DNA of 64,000 nt from Phoronis australis. Lineage: Eukaryota > Animalia > Phoronida. A program made the translations under genes and the position numbers. The notes beneath the pieces are model-generated. The model did not search any database. It was not told where the DNA came from and saw nothing but the letters and a program-made list of their open reading frames with translations. Of this stretch, positions 63,334 through 64,000 are shown in pieces. Positions within the stretch are counted from its first letter, which is position 1. The number at the start of each line of letters is the position of its first letter. Location of the stretch: the NCBI GenBank assembly GCA_002633005.1, contig NMRA01000045.1, forward strand, positions 799,552-863,551. The letters are read 5' to 3'.

Positions 63334-64000
63334 CTGCAATACATACATGGCAAGCATAAATAGGGTTTCCCTTGCGCCATTGATCACCAAATATGTCAGA
63401 GTTCTCCTTACATGAAATCAAACATGGCAATGCAACATGTTTGAAAAGATCTGCACCATGTTTGGGGAATCAGGTATAACCAACAGCCCGTGTGTGAATT
63501 CCGTACGTGTTTAAATTGGCAGGAGATAACCCATAAGAATGAAATGGTGAATATAAAGTACTCAGGCTTAAATAATACATGTTAAGAGGCATGCAATACC
63601 AGGATTAAAGATGTCACTTTGTGTTGAGAGTTTCCGCAACACAAAACTTACTGTGCCCAATGACCGTTAAGTCAGGCTAAATTGCCGCAGAGTGACCCAA
63701 ATAAGTGAGGGACAAAATATTATTACTACAAATAATTTTGGGTGTGCGAGATTAGGTGAGTGTGCGCAATAACGTGATGCACGAACTGGCACCATGTTTT
63801 GATTTTTGCAAACGGAGAACCCTGTATGCATACAGTTAAAATGTAGACAGGAGGGCTGCCTTTTGGGACGCACCACAGATGCTTGGATCACACAGCTGGG
63901 CTCTATGCATTGATCGCCTGATGAGAGCTATTTTTACACGGGGAAACAGTTGTCACAATGTGAGTTGTCACGGAGCAACTTGTTCTACTTAAGTCGCATT

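Overview
Eukaryotic, AT-rich, repeat-rich animal genomic DNA. It is most likely from an invertebrate deuterostome, inferred from the protein sequences and transposon types. Three genes are supported. (1) An achaete-scute (ASC-a/ASCL1-like) bHLH gene at 10646-11287 (-) with an uninterrupted CDS, a TATA/GC-box promoter, upstream ORFs and a predicted 3'UTR intron. (2) A multi-exon AKIP1 homolog on + (exons 41751-41897, 43570-43650, 49388-49492, 50584-50727; first exon uncertain). (3) The last four coding exons of a PAWR/Par-4 homolog on - (63115-63333, 61893-62097, 61171-61275, 54892-54993), convergent with AKIP1. About 25 kb upstream of the ASCL gene has no detectable host gene. Transposon remnants occur across the window: Kolobok-like, Tc1/pogo-like, hAT-like, a Penelope GIY-YIG relic, tRNA-derived SINE heads and MITEs, along with minisatellites. 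Two 1.05-1.24 kb 'tandem duplications' flanking single Ns are probably assembly artefacts. The most notable observations are the ASCL-AKIP1-PAWR linkage, the post-transcriptional architecture of the ASCL transcript, and the transposon-borne THAP/KolX-like and HIRAN-like relics. Homology calls come from recalled family motifs, not database searches.
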